Positions 9,279-18,451 of a DNA stretch of 64,000 nucleotides are shown here, one piece after another. Below the pieces are notes generated by a model, which saw only the letters and a list, made by a program, of their open reading frames with translations, was not told where the DNA came from and searched no databases. A program made the translations under genes and the position numbers. How positions within the stretch are numbered: the stretch's first letter is position 1; each line of letters starts with the position of its first letter. The DNA is from Escherichia phage QL01: sequence record NC_028847.1; one strand, written 5' to 3'.

Positions 9279-9502
9279 TCTTTCACCTTCATCATTTTTG
9301 CAATAACACTATGAACAGCCTGGATTCGTTTGTCGAACTCGGACCCTTCAAGACCTTTTTCAGTACTCAGAGCACCAATAATCATGAACAGCAATCCAAA
9401 CGGAATAGCCAGGATTAAAAGGCATACGATAAACAGAACCAATGTTATATTAGCCAGGATATCAGAAACAGCATTACGAAATTTATTCATTAAAGAACCC
9501 AC
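9275..9502 (-). CDS. hypothetical small membrane protein
   Basis: 75 aa with one long hydrophobic segment (ITLVLFIVCLLILAIPFGLLFMIIGAL). Confidence 0.4.
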   Translation of the reverse strand: MGSLMNKFRNAVSDILANITLVLFIVCLLILAIPFGLLFMIIGALSTEKGLEGSEFDKRIQAVHSVIAKMMKVKE

Positions 9503-9611
9503 ATGTTAGTTACAACAAATAACCATTGAGCAGGATACTCAACACCCATAATACGCACCGCATCATTCAGAGATTCGGCTAAAGCATAAAATGTGTAGCC
9601 ATAAAAATTAA

Positions 9612-10085
9612 TCATTTAAGCGATTTCCTCAGTTGTTTTTTAAATGAATCGACCATTTGTTTCTTAGTGTCAGATTCATTATAAGTCATTCCATGTGAAA
9701 GCATTTCAGCAATCATTTCTTCCTTACCTAACCTGCTGAACTCTTTGGTTTTATCAGGAACGAAATTAGGATGGATATTGTTTTCAGTATAATCAGCTTT
9801 CAGATAGACCAGCAAATTCTCTAACCATTCGAGGTAGTCAACGTTTTGACCTTTAAGACCAGAACGGTTGAACTTATGCTTCATTTGTCCTTCTGCAGCA
9901 TTGCACAGATTACATAGTAAACCACGAACCTTACCGGCTTTTGGCCCGTTCAATTCATGGTCGTGGTCAAGGTGGTTACTTTGAACATCAGGGTTTAATT
10001 CACGTTTACAAATCAAACACTTACCACATTGTGCATCATAAAGTTTTTGTTTTTCTTCTTTGTATAATTTGCCGGTCAACAACAT
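9612..10085 (-). CDS. 49: endonuclease VII (Holliday junction resolvase) gp49
   Basis: 157 aa, same length as T4 endo VII; N-terminal MLLTGKLYKEEKQK and zinc-binding CxxC...HDHELNGPKAGKVRGLLCNLCN block. Confidence 0.92.
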   Translation of the reverse strand: MLLTGKLYKEEKQKLYDAQCGKCLICKRELNPDVQSNHLDHDHELNGPKAGKVRGLLCNLCNAAEGQMKHKFNRSGLKGQNVDYLEWLENLLVYLKADYTENNIHPNFVPDKTKEFSRLGKEEMIAEMLSHGMTYNESDTKKQMVDSFKKQLRKSLK

Positions 10086-10120
10086 AATAAACCCTTACCA
10101 TTATTAGATAAGGGTATTTA
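10086..10120 (-). promoter_or_regulatory. hairpin (ACCCTTA/TAAGGGT) immediately upstream of gene 49 start, preceded by TAATAAATA (late-promoter-like, one mismatch)
   Basis: Plus-strand aaacccttaccattattagataagggtatttatt; parallels known hairpin control of T4 gene 49. Confidence 0.3.
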
Positions 10121-10330
10121 TTATTTTTCAAATGTACTATAAAACGAGCGATGCAACCGTTTAAATTGACGAATCATCTTTTTAGTAGGACGGGTGTATA
10201 ACCCTACACAAGTGGCCATAAACTGATCAGTAGGACTTCCTTTAATAAGAAGTTTCCAGACTTTACCGCCATTTAACTTTTCAGTATAAATCAGTTCAGT
10301 TTTCATAGTAAAACCCATATTCCATATCAA
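10121..10330 (-). CDS. hypothetical protein
   Basis: 69-aa minus-strand ORF. Confidence 0.35.
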   Translation of the reverse strand: MIWNMGFTMKTELIYTEKLNGGKVWKLLIKGSPTDQFMATCVGLYTRPTKKMIRQFKRLHRSFYSTFEK

Positions 10331-10437
10331 TTAAATCATTGTTTGAAGGTTCATTATACTCTATTTCGGAATCGTTGTAAACGGGTTCCTCTGGCTCGGT
10401 AGGTTCTATCGTATCCCACCGAGCGACATACCATGGC

Positions 10438-10815
10438 TTAACGGTCACACCACCAACTACTTACTTCAAAATCAGGTTCACCGTGTTCCCAGTACCAAGG
10501 ACCGACTGGATGCCAATCACCGTGTTCATCTTCTTCAAATTCTTCAGATTCAAGGCCAACGTATTGCCATTGGACTTCATAAGCAGTGCCGCCGATTACA
10601 ACAGTGTTCTCGCCATATGGATGGGCTACAGCAAAGTCTATACCTTCTGCTTTAGCCAACCAAACCATATATTCGTATAGTTTATATTCCAGGTCATCTT
10701 CGGTACCATCACCTAGAAAAATGGTTTGTTCGTTTAATTCAATCATTTGAAGTTCCAGAATGAAGCACCAACCAGAAATAAAGGCCAACAAATCATAGAC
10801 GTCAACCACCAACAA
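10438..10815 (-). CDS. hypothetical acidic protein (start uncertain)
   Basis: 125-aa minus-strand ORF, Trp/Glu-rich. Confidence 0.35.
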   Translation of the reverse strand: MLVVDVYDLLAFISGWCFILELQMIELNEQTIFLGDGTEDDLEYKLYEYMVWLAKAEGIDFAVAHPYGENTVVIGGTAYEVQWQYVGLESEEFEEDEHGDWHPVGPWYWEHGEPDFEVSSWWCDR

Positions 10816-10900
10816 AAGTCACCTGAATCATCTAATTTAGCTAGGGTCTTAGCATAACCAATACCGATGATAAGATACAAAACAACCAACATTAATTCAA

Positions 10901-11164
10901 TCATTTGAAATACGCTCGCAGTTGGTCAAAGCCACCAATATGACTTCCATCAGGGGCAAATACTTGCGGCATGGTCAAACCGATTTGAGATTCGCGACCA
11001 AGCGCAGCCAGGAGTTGAGCAATCTTCTCATCATCAAATACGCCTTTTTCCGGCATCACGTTAATGAATTCGTAAGGTTGTTTCTTAACATCAAGCAGAC
11101 GTTTGGCATTATCACAGAAAACACAACGGTGAATATTTGAATCATAACCATAAACTTTAAACAT
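10901..11164 (-). CDS. nrdC: glutaredoxin NrdC
   Basis: 87 aa; MFKVYGYDSNIHRCVFCDNAKRLL with CVFC active site; near-colinear with T4 NrdC. Confidence 0.9.
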   Translation of the reverse strand: MFKVYGYDSNIHRCVFCDNAKRLLDVKKQPYEFINVMPEKGVFDDEKIAQLLAALGRESQIGLTMPQVFAPDGSHIGGFDQLRAYFK

Positions 11165-11165
11165 T

Positions 11166-11402
11166 TTAAATTCCTAATATTTGTTTGAATGCTTCAGAAC
11201 GGTCAAGTTCTGTTCCATATTTTTCCATGTGCTCATATTTTAAATTATACACATCAGATAGTATATTATTATACGAGCGAGTTAAAGCAGATTTCAATAC
11301 TGAATAACTGTCCGGAAATTTACCATGCTCTTTATAATAAGCTAAAGTAAGTTCGCGGACTGCCTTATCGGCAGCCTCTACATATTCTTTACGCTTTGCC
11401 AT
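11166..11402 (-). CDS. hypothetical protein (start at MAKRKEY)
   Basis: Internal start chosen to remove 128-nt overlap with upstream ORF. Confidence 0.35.
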   Translation of the reverse strand: MAKRKEYVEAADKAVRELTLAYYKEHGKFPDSYSVLKSALTRSYNNILSDVYNLKYEHMEKYGTELDRSEAFKQILGI

Positions 11403-11700
11403 TTTCTTCTCGCTCAAATTTATGTTTACAATGGCGGCATTTGTAACGAAGATTACTAGTCTGCCAATGGACCAATTGAACCTGTTCTGTGCCGCACTTA
11501 GGACAGTTAGGAACATTCTTAGAAGCTTGTTCTCGTCGTGCGACCATAGCCATTACAGCATCCCAATTAACGGCATCATCATAATCATCACAACCATGAA
11601 TTTTACCAACCAATTCAACTTCAACATCCGCGGCTTTAATAAATTTCAATAAACCAGTATTAGATGCTGAAGCAATATCTTCAGCTAAACGTTGTTTCAT
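11389..11700 (-). CDS. hypothetical protein with C-terminal zinc-ribbon-like CPKC...CRHC
   Basis: 103-aa ORF; paired CxxC motifs 20 residues apart. Confidence 0.4.
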   Translation of the reverse strand: MKQRLAEDIASASNTGLLKFIKAADVEVELVGKIHGCDDYDDAVNWDAVMAMVARREQASKNVPNCPKCGTEQVQLVHWQTSNLRYKCRHCKHKFEREENGKA

Positions 11701-12707
11701 TTCAGCAGCTCCAGAGCCTGTTCAAGACGGTCTAAACGATTGGTAGACTCTTCCCAAAGTTTCTTGGCAGCAGTATATTGGCCAGTCAGTTTTTTGTTGA
11801 TAGCAAGGGCGTCTTTATACGCTTTTTCCAAGGCAACGACTTCCGGTAACTTGGATTTAGTAATTGGTGTAGGGGCCATGATAGGGCTGTTCAAGTCGTT
11901 AATCAAATCTTCTAATGTAGCAGGCTCTTTATCAGTGTTCACAATTTCCTCACATTTTTCTTTGTAAATTTCAGCATCAGTTTTTGGAACGGTACATTTG
12001 ATTTCACGGACTGTTACTAAGACCTCATATCCTTTCCAGCCTAAGTGGTGTTTAACTTCTTGGGTCTCATATTTCTCTACGGTATCCATCAGAGCTAAAG
12101 CTTGTTCGATAGTATTCAAGGTATCGTAAGCAATATCTTGATACTTTACAACTTCCGCATCATCTTTAGGTTTCCTATTAGGTGACCAAATAACAGAAAT
12201 AATAGCTTTTCCTTTATAACTATTTGTTTTAATCATGCAATTAGCCATCGGGTGAATAGTACGACAATCACCGGAAACTATAGTTTTAGAGGCCGCTTTG
12301 AGAATTAATGCAGAGTTAGCCTTGAATTCGCTAACCCAACGTTGCGGAAATAAACTATTAGGGTCCATACCTTTAATTTTGATATAACCTTTTATGGTAT
12401 CACCAAACCATTTGTAGCTAACAACACGGTTGGAACCTGGATATTTCTCTTTACCGAACTCAGAAAGGATGTCCTTATTGACCAGGCGCGAAAGCAGTCG
12501 AGAACCTTTAAATGTTTTAATGATATCATGAATGCACAAACGGCCTGCAATCTTTTCGATTTCAGCTTTGAAACAGCGCGATAATGCATCATCAATTTGG
12601 TCGACCCATTTATTGATATTAGAAACTATTACCTCGTATGGGGTTAACGGAGGGGTGTTGGTAGTGATATACGTAGTAAAGGCATTGATGTATTCAGTAC
12701 GAGTCAT
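11697..12707 (-). CDS. hypothetical protein, C-terminal coiled coil
   Basis: 336-aa ORF with own upstream promoter cassette; C-terminal heptad-like K/E/L-rich segment. Confidence 0.5.
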   Translation of the reverse strand: MTRTEYINAFTTYITTNTPPLTPYEVIVSNINKWVDQIDDALSRCFKAEIEKIAGRLCIHDIIKTFKGSRLLSRLVNKDILSEFGKEKYPGSNRVVSYKWFGDTIKGYIKIKGMDPNSLFPQRWVSEFKANSALILKAASKTIVSGDCRTIHPMANCMIKTNSYKGKAIISVIWSPNRKPKDDAEVVKYQDIAYDTLNTIEQALALMDTVEKYETQEVKHHLGWKGYEVLVTVREIKCTVPKTDAEIYKEKCEEIVNTDKEPATLEDLINDLNSPIMAPTPITKSKLPEVVALEKAYKDALAINKKLTGQYTAAKKLWEESTNRLDRLEQALELLK

Positions 12708-12763
12708 GATATTCTCCTCAGTAGATTTAAAAGATTATACTCCATCCATCCTTGGATGTAAAC
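12708..12763 (-). promoter_or_regulatory. T4-type early promoter (GTTTAC -35, TATAAT -10)
   Basis: Plus-strand gtaaac at 12758-12763; minus strand GTTTAC-17 nt-(G)TATAAT then GAGGAG SD. Confidence 0.5.
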
Positions 12764-12764
12764 A

Positions 12765-13658
12765 TTATTTTAGAGCTAATACTGCCGCGCGGAGCTTGTC
12801 ACGCTGGAGTTCCATGTTCTTGATGCGAATCAATACGTCTTGAATACTCTTTTTCTCATCTTCGATCTGGCCGTTTAAACGGTGGATTGATTCCTGGAGG
12901 TGGTCCTCATGATACTTCTCGATAGGTTTCATCGTAGGGTTAGTAACCACCAAAGAATTCTCGGGTTTAATTTTCCAATGATACGGTTCAGAATTGAATG
13001 GACTCGGTACAGCCGTGGTTTTGAATCTGTCATAGGCTGCATACTGGCCTACGCTGTCACATGATACTGCAGAGATACGACGTTCCATTTGTGGTTCCTT
13101 TTGTTGGGATTGATAAGGGGCATAAGACAAAAGATATTCACGAGTTAGTTTAATATTAAAATAAACTGCATCAGCCCGCTCAAAACAATCAGCATATTCA
13201 TCGGTTGTAACTTTATATGATTCTACTGCCTTAATACGGGTCATTGCCTCTCTGAATAAGGTTTCGAATGCTTCACGAAGAGCCTTATTGCCTTTTGAGG
13301 TGGGACGGAAACGAACTTGAATACCGTCAGGCAGAATATTAATGACTAGGTTACGAGCCGTAAAATTAATATTCTTGATATTGACAGGAACCGTAGAAAT
13401 ACGTCCTGCGGTAGCCAAGAGGTCTTTGATATTAGCTCGCAGTGTTGCACCAAATAAATGAGCAGGGCAACGGCAATAATCGTTCAAAGAACTAATATAA
13501 GTCCCTTTACGACCTACACCATAAGTATAATTACCATTACAAATATGGCCAAAGTCTGCCAGCCGATCGATAGCGATACGACGAGTCGTGTCATGGTCAT
13601 AGATGGAATATTCTTTACGTGTTTTAATGTTCATATCAGAGTCCAAATAATTTTTCAT
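12765..13658 (-). CDS. hypothetical protein, C-terminal coiled coil
   Basis: 297-aa ORF; C-terminal 50 residues heptad-like. Confidence 0.45.
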   Translation of the reverse strand: MKNYLDSDMNIKTRKEYSIYDHDTTRRIAIDRLADFGHICNGNYTYGVGRKGTYISSLNDYCRCPAHLFGATLRANIKDLLATAGRISTVPVNIKNINFTARNLVINILPDGIQVRFRPTSKGNKALREAFETLFREAMTRIKAVESYKVTTDEYADCFERADAVYFNIKLTREYLLSYAPYQSQQKEPQMERRISAVSCDSVGQYAAYDRFKTTAVPSPFNSEPYHWKIKPENSLVVTNPTMKPIEKYHEDHLQESIHRLNGQIEDEKKSIQDVLIRIKNMELQRDKLRAAVLALK

Positions 13659-13851
13659 AGAGTTTAGCGATAGGCCACAGAATTAGCATACATAACCAGG
13701 CAAAGCAAAATACTGGCCATACAAATGTAATGAATACCGCATCATAGCTTGATTCAATTTTAACCGGGTTCCACGCGCCTGTTTTATGCGCAATCAAAGC
13801 AGTAATAAATCCTATCACAAGATAAGCAAGAATAAAACCAATAATTTCCAT
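13636..13851 (-). CDS. hypothetical membrane protein (2 predicted TM segments)
   Basis: 71 aa, two long hydrophobic stretches. Confidence 0.4.
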   Translation of the reverse strand: MEIIGFILAYLVIGFITALIAHKTGAWNPVKIESSYDAVFITFVWPVFCFAWLCMLILWPIAKLYEKLFGL

Positions 13852-13853
13852 AA

Positions 13854-14696
13854 TTAATCCTTAAGAAGATTTAGGATATCGATATATTTTTGACGTTCAG
13901 CCTTGGCTTTAGCATTCAGACCAGAGAGTCGGAAAATCTCATCATCTTGTTGTTGAATTGTAACATTCAAGCAAGTAAGCAAATTGCTAAAATACTCAAT
14001 CTGGGCTTGATGCTTCTCATTGCTGCGCACTGGCACAGGTTCCGGTTTAGGAGCTTGTTCTGAATGCTCTTCAGCCAGGTCTTTAATTTTATAAAGTTTA
14101 ATACGCTGACCCACCCCAGTTTCGGCATCACCAAAACTAAGAACACCGTGCTGTTCTAATTCGGACAAGGCTAATCGGAGATGGAACTTCCAGTTGTCAT
14201 ATTGACAACCACTAAAAGTTGAAATGGTATACTCATTTTCATTTCTGGGGTGGTTAACAATACTAAAGATAATCCAATCACCTGAACCATTAGTCTTAAA
14301 GGTCATTTGTTTATCTTGACCTTTTGCAAGGCGAGCACCTAGTGCTAGTAGACGTCGTTGGTTGGCATGAAGGTCTTGAACCACTTCGTCAAATGACATC
14401 GCCGGGATTAAACGACCATAGAGGTCGTAGCCTTTGTTATAATTTTTAAGAATAATTTTGGCATTAGCACGAGACAACATACCTGTTTTACGAAGAGTTT
14501 TCATGACCCGGTCTTCTAAGGTAAACGACCTGGTCTTGTCAAAGATTTTAGTGAAGTCATCTTTAACAGTACAAACGTTGAACTTGTCCCACATCATATA
14601 TAGAACCTTTTCAACCACTTCTTTAGAACTCGGAATACGACCAAATTTAACAACTTTTTTAACTTCAGAACGAATTTGATTAATTGCCTGTGACAT
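13854..14696 (-). CDS. hypothetical protein, C-terminal coiled coil (start MSQAINQI)
   Basis: 280-aa ORF; RBS and first 5 codons identical to gene at 7157..7486. Confidence 0.5.
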   Translation of the reverse strand: MSQAINQIRSEVKKVVKFGRIPSSKEVVEKVLYMMWDKFNVCTVKDDFTKIFDKTRSFTLEDRVMKTLRKTGMLSRANAKIILKNYNKGYDLYGRLIPAMSFDEVVQDLHANQRRLLALGARLAKGQDKQMTFKTNGSGDWIIFSIVNHPRNENEYTISTFSGCQYDNWKFHLRLALSELEQHGVLSFGDAETGVGQRIKLYKIKDLAEEHSEQAPKPEPVPVRSNEKHQAQIEYFSNLLTCLNVTIQQQDDEIFRLSGLNAKAKAERQKYIDILNLLKD

Positions 14697-14760
14697 AATA
14701 ATTTCCTCAGTAAGTAATTAAGAACCTAGAACCATTATACCATCCTTGGTATAAAGCGTT
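14697..14760 (-). promoter_or_regulatory. candidate T4 middle promoter (MotA-box-like CGCTTTA, 12 nt, TATAAT)
   Basis: Plus-strand taaagcg 14752-14758 and attata 14734-14739. Confidence 0.35.
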
Positions 14761-15284
14761 TATGCGAGAACCGTCTTTAAACGCTCTTCAAATTTCTGAA
14801 GCAGAGCTTGGCGTTCAGCTCGTTGTGATTTGTACTGCTCGATACGACCTGAAGTGAGGGCGTACTGTTCGTTTACTGATTCCCGCATGAATTCAGGAAT
14901 CTCTTTACAAGCTTTGATTTCGTCAAACTTATCAATAACAGCTTGTTGTTCAGCAATCAGATTATCGAAATAAGCGATATCAGATTTAACGTTTGCCAGG
15001 TCAGATTCGGTAGGCATTAAACGTTTGTTACGTTCAGCTTGATAAGCTTGATTGGTTTCACGACTCCAGTGAAGAGTACGTTTTTTGTTAGTGTTTTTAT
15101 AGAGCTCTACAATACCAACTGAATCGATGACAACAATCCAGTTCCAACGGCTTTTGTAAATCTCTCCTCCAGATACAGTAATCTCATTACCACAAGCAAC
15201 GTCGTTAAAGAACTTGCTTTGTTTTTCGGATTTGAAATTACCATTGTTATAATTGATGAGTGAAAAAATATCTTTAGCGTTCAT
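14760..15284 (-). CDS. hypothetical protein, C-terminal coiled coil
   Basis: 174-aa ORF downstream of a core-bearing promoter cassette. Confidence 0.45.
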   Translation of the reverse strand: MNAKDIFSLINYNNGNFKSEKQSKFFNDVACGNEITVSGGEIYKSRWNWIVVIDSVGIVELYKNTNKKRTLHWSRETNQAYQAERNKRLMPTESDLANVKSDIAYFDNLIAEQQAVIDKFDEIKACKEIPEFMRESVNEQYALTSGRIEQYKSQRAERQALLQKFEERLKTVLA

Positions 15285-15339
15285 GTTAACCTCCAGTAGT
15301 TGATAGGTCTATAGTATCATTTCTACTGGAGATGTAAAC
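15285..15339 (-). promoter_or_regulatory. PeSL-like early promoter cassette (core ttgataggtctatagtatca; IR CTCCAGTAG/CTACTGGAG sequestering SD)
   Basis: Core at 15300-15319; gtaaac at 15334-15339; arms at 15291-15299 and 15323-15331. Confidence 0.6.
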
Positions 15340-15341
15340 AA

Positions 15342-15683
15342 CTAATAGAAACTTTTTTCACCGGCTTGACCACTAAACCATGCGGATTGAGTGTTCTCTT
15401 TCCGTTGGTGTTCAATACGAATGCGATATTCATTCCTGATGGCGCAGAGTTCATCTCGGAAGTCGCCTGCCAACTTTACCTGCTTGCGGTCTAGATTTAT
15501 TAAGGCCTGGGTGTTAACGGCCAAGCGCAGTCTCCTGAAGTCTCCTCCACTACACGGATTTTTATAGAATTTCTCAGAAAACTTAGTACTACATTCATTA
15601 GTATAGTCTTCAACAGACTGTTTCATAGCTTTGGAAAAAGTCTGACCTGCGTTATAAAGATTGTAAATAAATTGTTCAAACAT
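15342..15683 (-). CDS. hypothetical protein
   Basis: 113-aa minus-strand ORF. Confidence 0.4.
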   Translation of the reverse strand: MFEQFIYNLYNAGQTFSKAMKQSVEDYTNECSTKFSEKFYKNPCSGGDFRRLRLAVNTQALINLDRKQVKLAGDFRDELCAIRNEYRIRIEHQRKENTQSAWFSGQAGEKSFY

Positions 15684-15692
15684 AATTCACCC

Positions 15693-16673
15693 TTATTTCA
15701 GAAGTGTAACTTCAGCGATTTCGCTCCAGTCATTTTTATCGGTGGCAATGAAGTCCGCCAGATAAAGAGCTGTACGTAATGATACGTTACGAAGACGAGA
15801 TACATTAGCCTTCATCCATGCTAAAGCTTGGTAAGTCTCGGCATCAGTCAGACCACGGTTTTGCATCATATCAGTGGACAGGATAACGTCTTCAACACGA
15901 ACCATAATCTCTTCGTTCGAGTGAACTCCGAGGTCTAAGTAAACTGAACGCGATACTAAAGCCTGGAGGTGTGGAGCAAGTTTAGTTCCACGCTCTAATT
16001 CACGGTCAATATCAACGTTGGTGATGAACACGATGGTGCCTTCATACTCAAATTCTTTATCGATATTTTTATCATCAAGATAAGAACTTGAAGTGCTCCA
16101 GCACACCTTACGTTTTTCACCAGTATCCAATGCTGCTTTTAACAGGTTCAGGATATCCATATCAGAGAATACATCAACATCATCAATAAGAAGAACACTA
16201 TTAGGGCCGCGGTTATTCCAAAGCTGCTCGTAAAGACCGATTCCACTAATCTTTCCGTTGATTGATTTATATTCGATAGTTTCATTTTCGTGGGCATTCT
16301 GTAATGCTTTATCCAAAGAATATGTTTTACCAATACCTGCGGCACCAGAGATGATAAGGGAACGAATTTTACCATCGATGATTCCATTAGTCATCATGTT
16401 CATTACTTTAAAACGTTTGTTAATGCGATGTTTCATTTCTTCAGCGGATTCAGTAACAACTGCAGGAGCTTCAGCACCTTCCATTTCAACGTCACATTTG
16501 AACACCCATACACCACGTTCAACACCATCAATCTGTACAAATACCTTACCATCACCGAGGTGAGCTTCGGATTCATGAATTTTATTAGGGAACCAGGTTT
16601 TACCTGAACTCATGAACGTACCGGAGATTACATTACCGCGATAGATACCTTTGTTGATTTTGATAGTTAACAT
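15693..16673 (-). CDS. P-loop NTPase (Walker A GAAGIGKT, Walker B LLIDDVD), function unknown
   Basis: Start set at MLTIKINKG (internal Met of ORF 15693..16817) preceded by GGAGAA SD and promoter cassette. Confidence 0.55.
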   Translation of the reverse strand: MLTIKINKGIYRGNVISGTFMSSGKTWFPNKIHESEAHLGDGKVFVQIDGVERGVWVFKCDVEMEGAEAPAVVTESAEEMKHRINKRFKVMNMMTNGIIDGKIRSLIISGAAGIGKTYSLDKALQNAHENETIEYKSINGKISGIGLYEQLWNNRGPNSVLLIDDVDVFSDMDILNLLKAALDTGEKRKVCWSTSSSYLDDKNIDKEFEYEGTIVFITNVDIDRELERGTKLAPHLQALVSRSVYLDLGVHSNEEIMVRVEDVILSTDMMQNRGLTDAETYQALAWMKANVSRLRNVSLRTALYLADFIATDKNDWSEIAEVTLLK

Positions 16674-16739
16674 TATATTCTCCATTTCACTCAGTAGATT
16701 TGATAGGTCCATAATAACATGCTCTACGAAGGTGTAAAC
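16674..16739 (-). promoter_or_regulatory. PeSL-like early promoter cassette (core variant ttgataggtccataataaca)
   Basis: gtaaac 16734-16739; minus strand GTTTAC-17 nt-TATTAT; SD GGAGAA. Confidence 0.5.
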
Positions 16740-16754
16740 TCTTTTTTGCACTAA

Positions 16755-16780
16755 ACCCAAAAAAGGAACCCGAAGGTTCC
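16755..16780 (-). terminator. intrinsic terminator, GGAACC-UUCG-GGUUCC hairpin plus U-run
   Basis: Plus-strand aaaaaaggaacccgaaggttcc; perfect 6-bp stem, tetraloop, 6 U on minus transcript. Confidence 0.6.
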
Positions 16781-16968
16781 TAAATTGCGCTCCAAAAATT
16801 ATGGAAGCGTATATCATTTATAGCCCAGTTAACAAATTGTCTTGTCTGTTTAGGCGTAGGTTTGCACACGTACTTGATATTGACTCGACGTCCGGTTTCT
16901 TTACAGACAGCTTCAAGATACCAACGTCGGGTTTTATGGGGTCTTCCATATGATAAAAAGACCTTCAT
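16780..16968 (-). CDS. small basic protein (start MKVFLSYGRPHK; ORF track extends to 17022)
   Basis: 62 aa, K/R-rich; begins 7 nt after the stop of the upstream nucleotidyltransferase-like gene. Confidence 0.4.
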   Translation of the reverse strand: MKVFLSYGRPHKTRRWYLEAVCKETGRRVNIKYVCKPTPKQTRQFVNWAINDIRFHNFWSAI

Positions 16969-16975
16969 TTCTTCG

Positions 16976-17986
16976 TTATCGATAATAAGAGTTGTGGTTG
17001 TCAAGGTATACCTCTTCAACAAACTTGTCCCAGAACTTCATATCTACCTTAGCAGGCATACCGTTCTTAGATGCCTGGATGGCCAGGACTTCAACCAGGT
17101 CAACAGTGTCTTCAAGAAGTTCTTGGACCTCTTTAAATGGAAGTTCACCGGCCTTAATCAGCTTAATGATAGAGGCTTCGCGCAATGGGAATACCAGGTC
17201 GCCTGTTTGGTAGATTTCCAACAATTGATATCCAGCCCGATAAGCATGGCTCAGAGCTTTCCAATCGATACCTTCATTAGCTTCAGCCTTACGAGCACGT
17301 TCGCCATATTCAGCATCAAGCTTATTCAGAGATTGCTTGAGCTCGATTAAAGACAAAGTAGTTTGGTACTTACGTCCTAGAACAGTATAGAACGTTTGAG
17401 GGCCTGTTTTCTCATGGTTATGGAATACCCATTCACAGAACTCATTTTCAGGGAGTCTGTGTTTGATATCTTCTACCTTAGTACGACGAAGTCTATCAGG
17501 GATTCCTTCTTGATAGTCAACCCACTGTTCAGGAATCTGGTTAACGATTGCCAGTACACCACGCAGAGCAGCCAGACGAGAACCTTTAACACCATATTTA
17601 GAAGCTTGCTTACGGACGTACCCTAAATAGGCTTTCATGTTGGTTGTATAGAACCGTGAACGATTGTCTTGGATAAATTTCCATACATCAGGTAAATCAG
17701 ATTTAACCACCATTTCAGGTGGAGTGTGGAGCATATCCAGAGCAACGGTTTCGCCTTCAGCAGCCAGTTTAAAGAAATATTTCAGACTGTAAAGCTCGTG
17801 GTCAACATCATCTTTAGTGTTTTTGGAAGCAGTGTTATTCGTATTCAGGTTGGTATGGTTCATAGCCGTACCTAACAGAATATCACGCGGATGTGGAACA
17901 AAGATTTCTTTAAAATCAACATCAGATTCTGGAGTACTTGTTCCATAAAGGTGGCTACCGAAGTAGCCTTTCATAACTGTTCTCAT
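16976..17986 (-). CDS. nucleotidyltransferase-fold protein (Pol-beta superfamily motif GS-x11-DVD at residues 10-25)
   Basis: N-terminal GSHLYGTSTPESDVDF, further acidic DDVDHE; 336 aa; ATGA overlap with upstream membrane-protein gene. Confidence 0.5.
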   Translation of the reverse strand: MRTVMKGYFGSHLYGTSTPESDVDFKEIFVPHPRDILLGTAMNHTNLNTNNTASKNTKDDVDHELYSLKYFFKLAAEGETVALDMLHTPPEMVVKSDLPDVWKFIQDNRSRFYTTNMKAYLGYVRKQASKYGVKGSRLAALRGVLAIVNQIPEQWVDYQEGIPDRLRRTKVEDIKHRLPENEFCEWVFHNHEKTGPQTFYTVLGRKYQTTLSLIELKQSLNKLDAEYGERARKAEANEGIDWKALSHAYRAGYQLLEIYQTGDLVFPLREASIIKLIKAGELPFKEVQELLEDTVDLVEVLAIQASKNGMPAKVDMKFWDKFVEEVYLDNHNSYYR

Positions 17987-18441
17987 TCTTTGTCCTCGAA
18001 GTGGATTACCGGACAGACCTTAGATTTACGAGCTTTAATGTATTGAATAACGATATTTTCTTTAGTTTCTCGGCCTTCACGCTCAGCTTGAATACGTTGC
18101 CATTCCTTTTCTTCTCTACGGGCATCATACCATGCGTGTAAATTCATCGCACCGAATGCCAAACCAATGGATAGCGCAATAATAAGAGCTATTGCAACCA
18201 ATCCTAAAACAAACCCTAGACTCAACAGAACAGGGGTACTTAATACAAAGAAATGCTCTAATACACCAACACCTGCAACAGTTAATCCAAAAAGCGTACT
18301 ACCTGCAACAACAGCACAAGCAAAACAAGCCCAAACCATTTTCCAGAAGTAAGCACATAAAGAGTGCGGTCGAGAATGACTGTCATAAAAACGGTCATGA
18401 AGTTTAGCGTGCCAAGAGTTTGCATTGATAATCATAATCAT
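17983..18441 (-). CDS. hypothetical integral membrane protein (3-4 predicted TM segments)
   Basis: 152 aa with long hydrophobic runs; SD AAGGAAA; stop overlaps start of the nucleotidyltransferase-like gene. Confidence 0.5.
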   Translation of the reverse strand: MIMIINANSWHAKLHDRFYDSHSRPHSLCAYFWKMVWACFACAVVAGSTLFGLTVAGVGVLEHFFVLSTPVLLSLGFVLGLVAIALIIALSIGLAFGAMNLHAWYDARREEKEWQRIQAEREGRETKENIVIQYIKARKSKVCPVIHFEDKE

Positions 18442-18451
18442 AATATTTTCC

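Noticed and set aside
16862-17350. 162-aa plus-strand ORF in the ORF track
   Set aside because: Lies antisense inside the well-supported minus-strand nucleotidyltransferase-like gene and its neighbours; no RBS; the whole 1-43039 region is transcribed from the minus strand. The same applies to the other plus-strand ORFs in that region (e.g. 2688-3056, 7020-7310, 26419-26772, 38609-38941).
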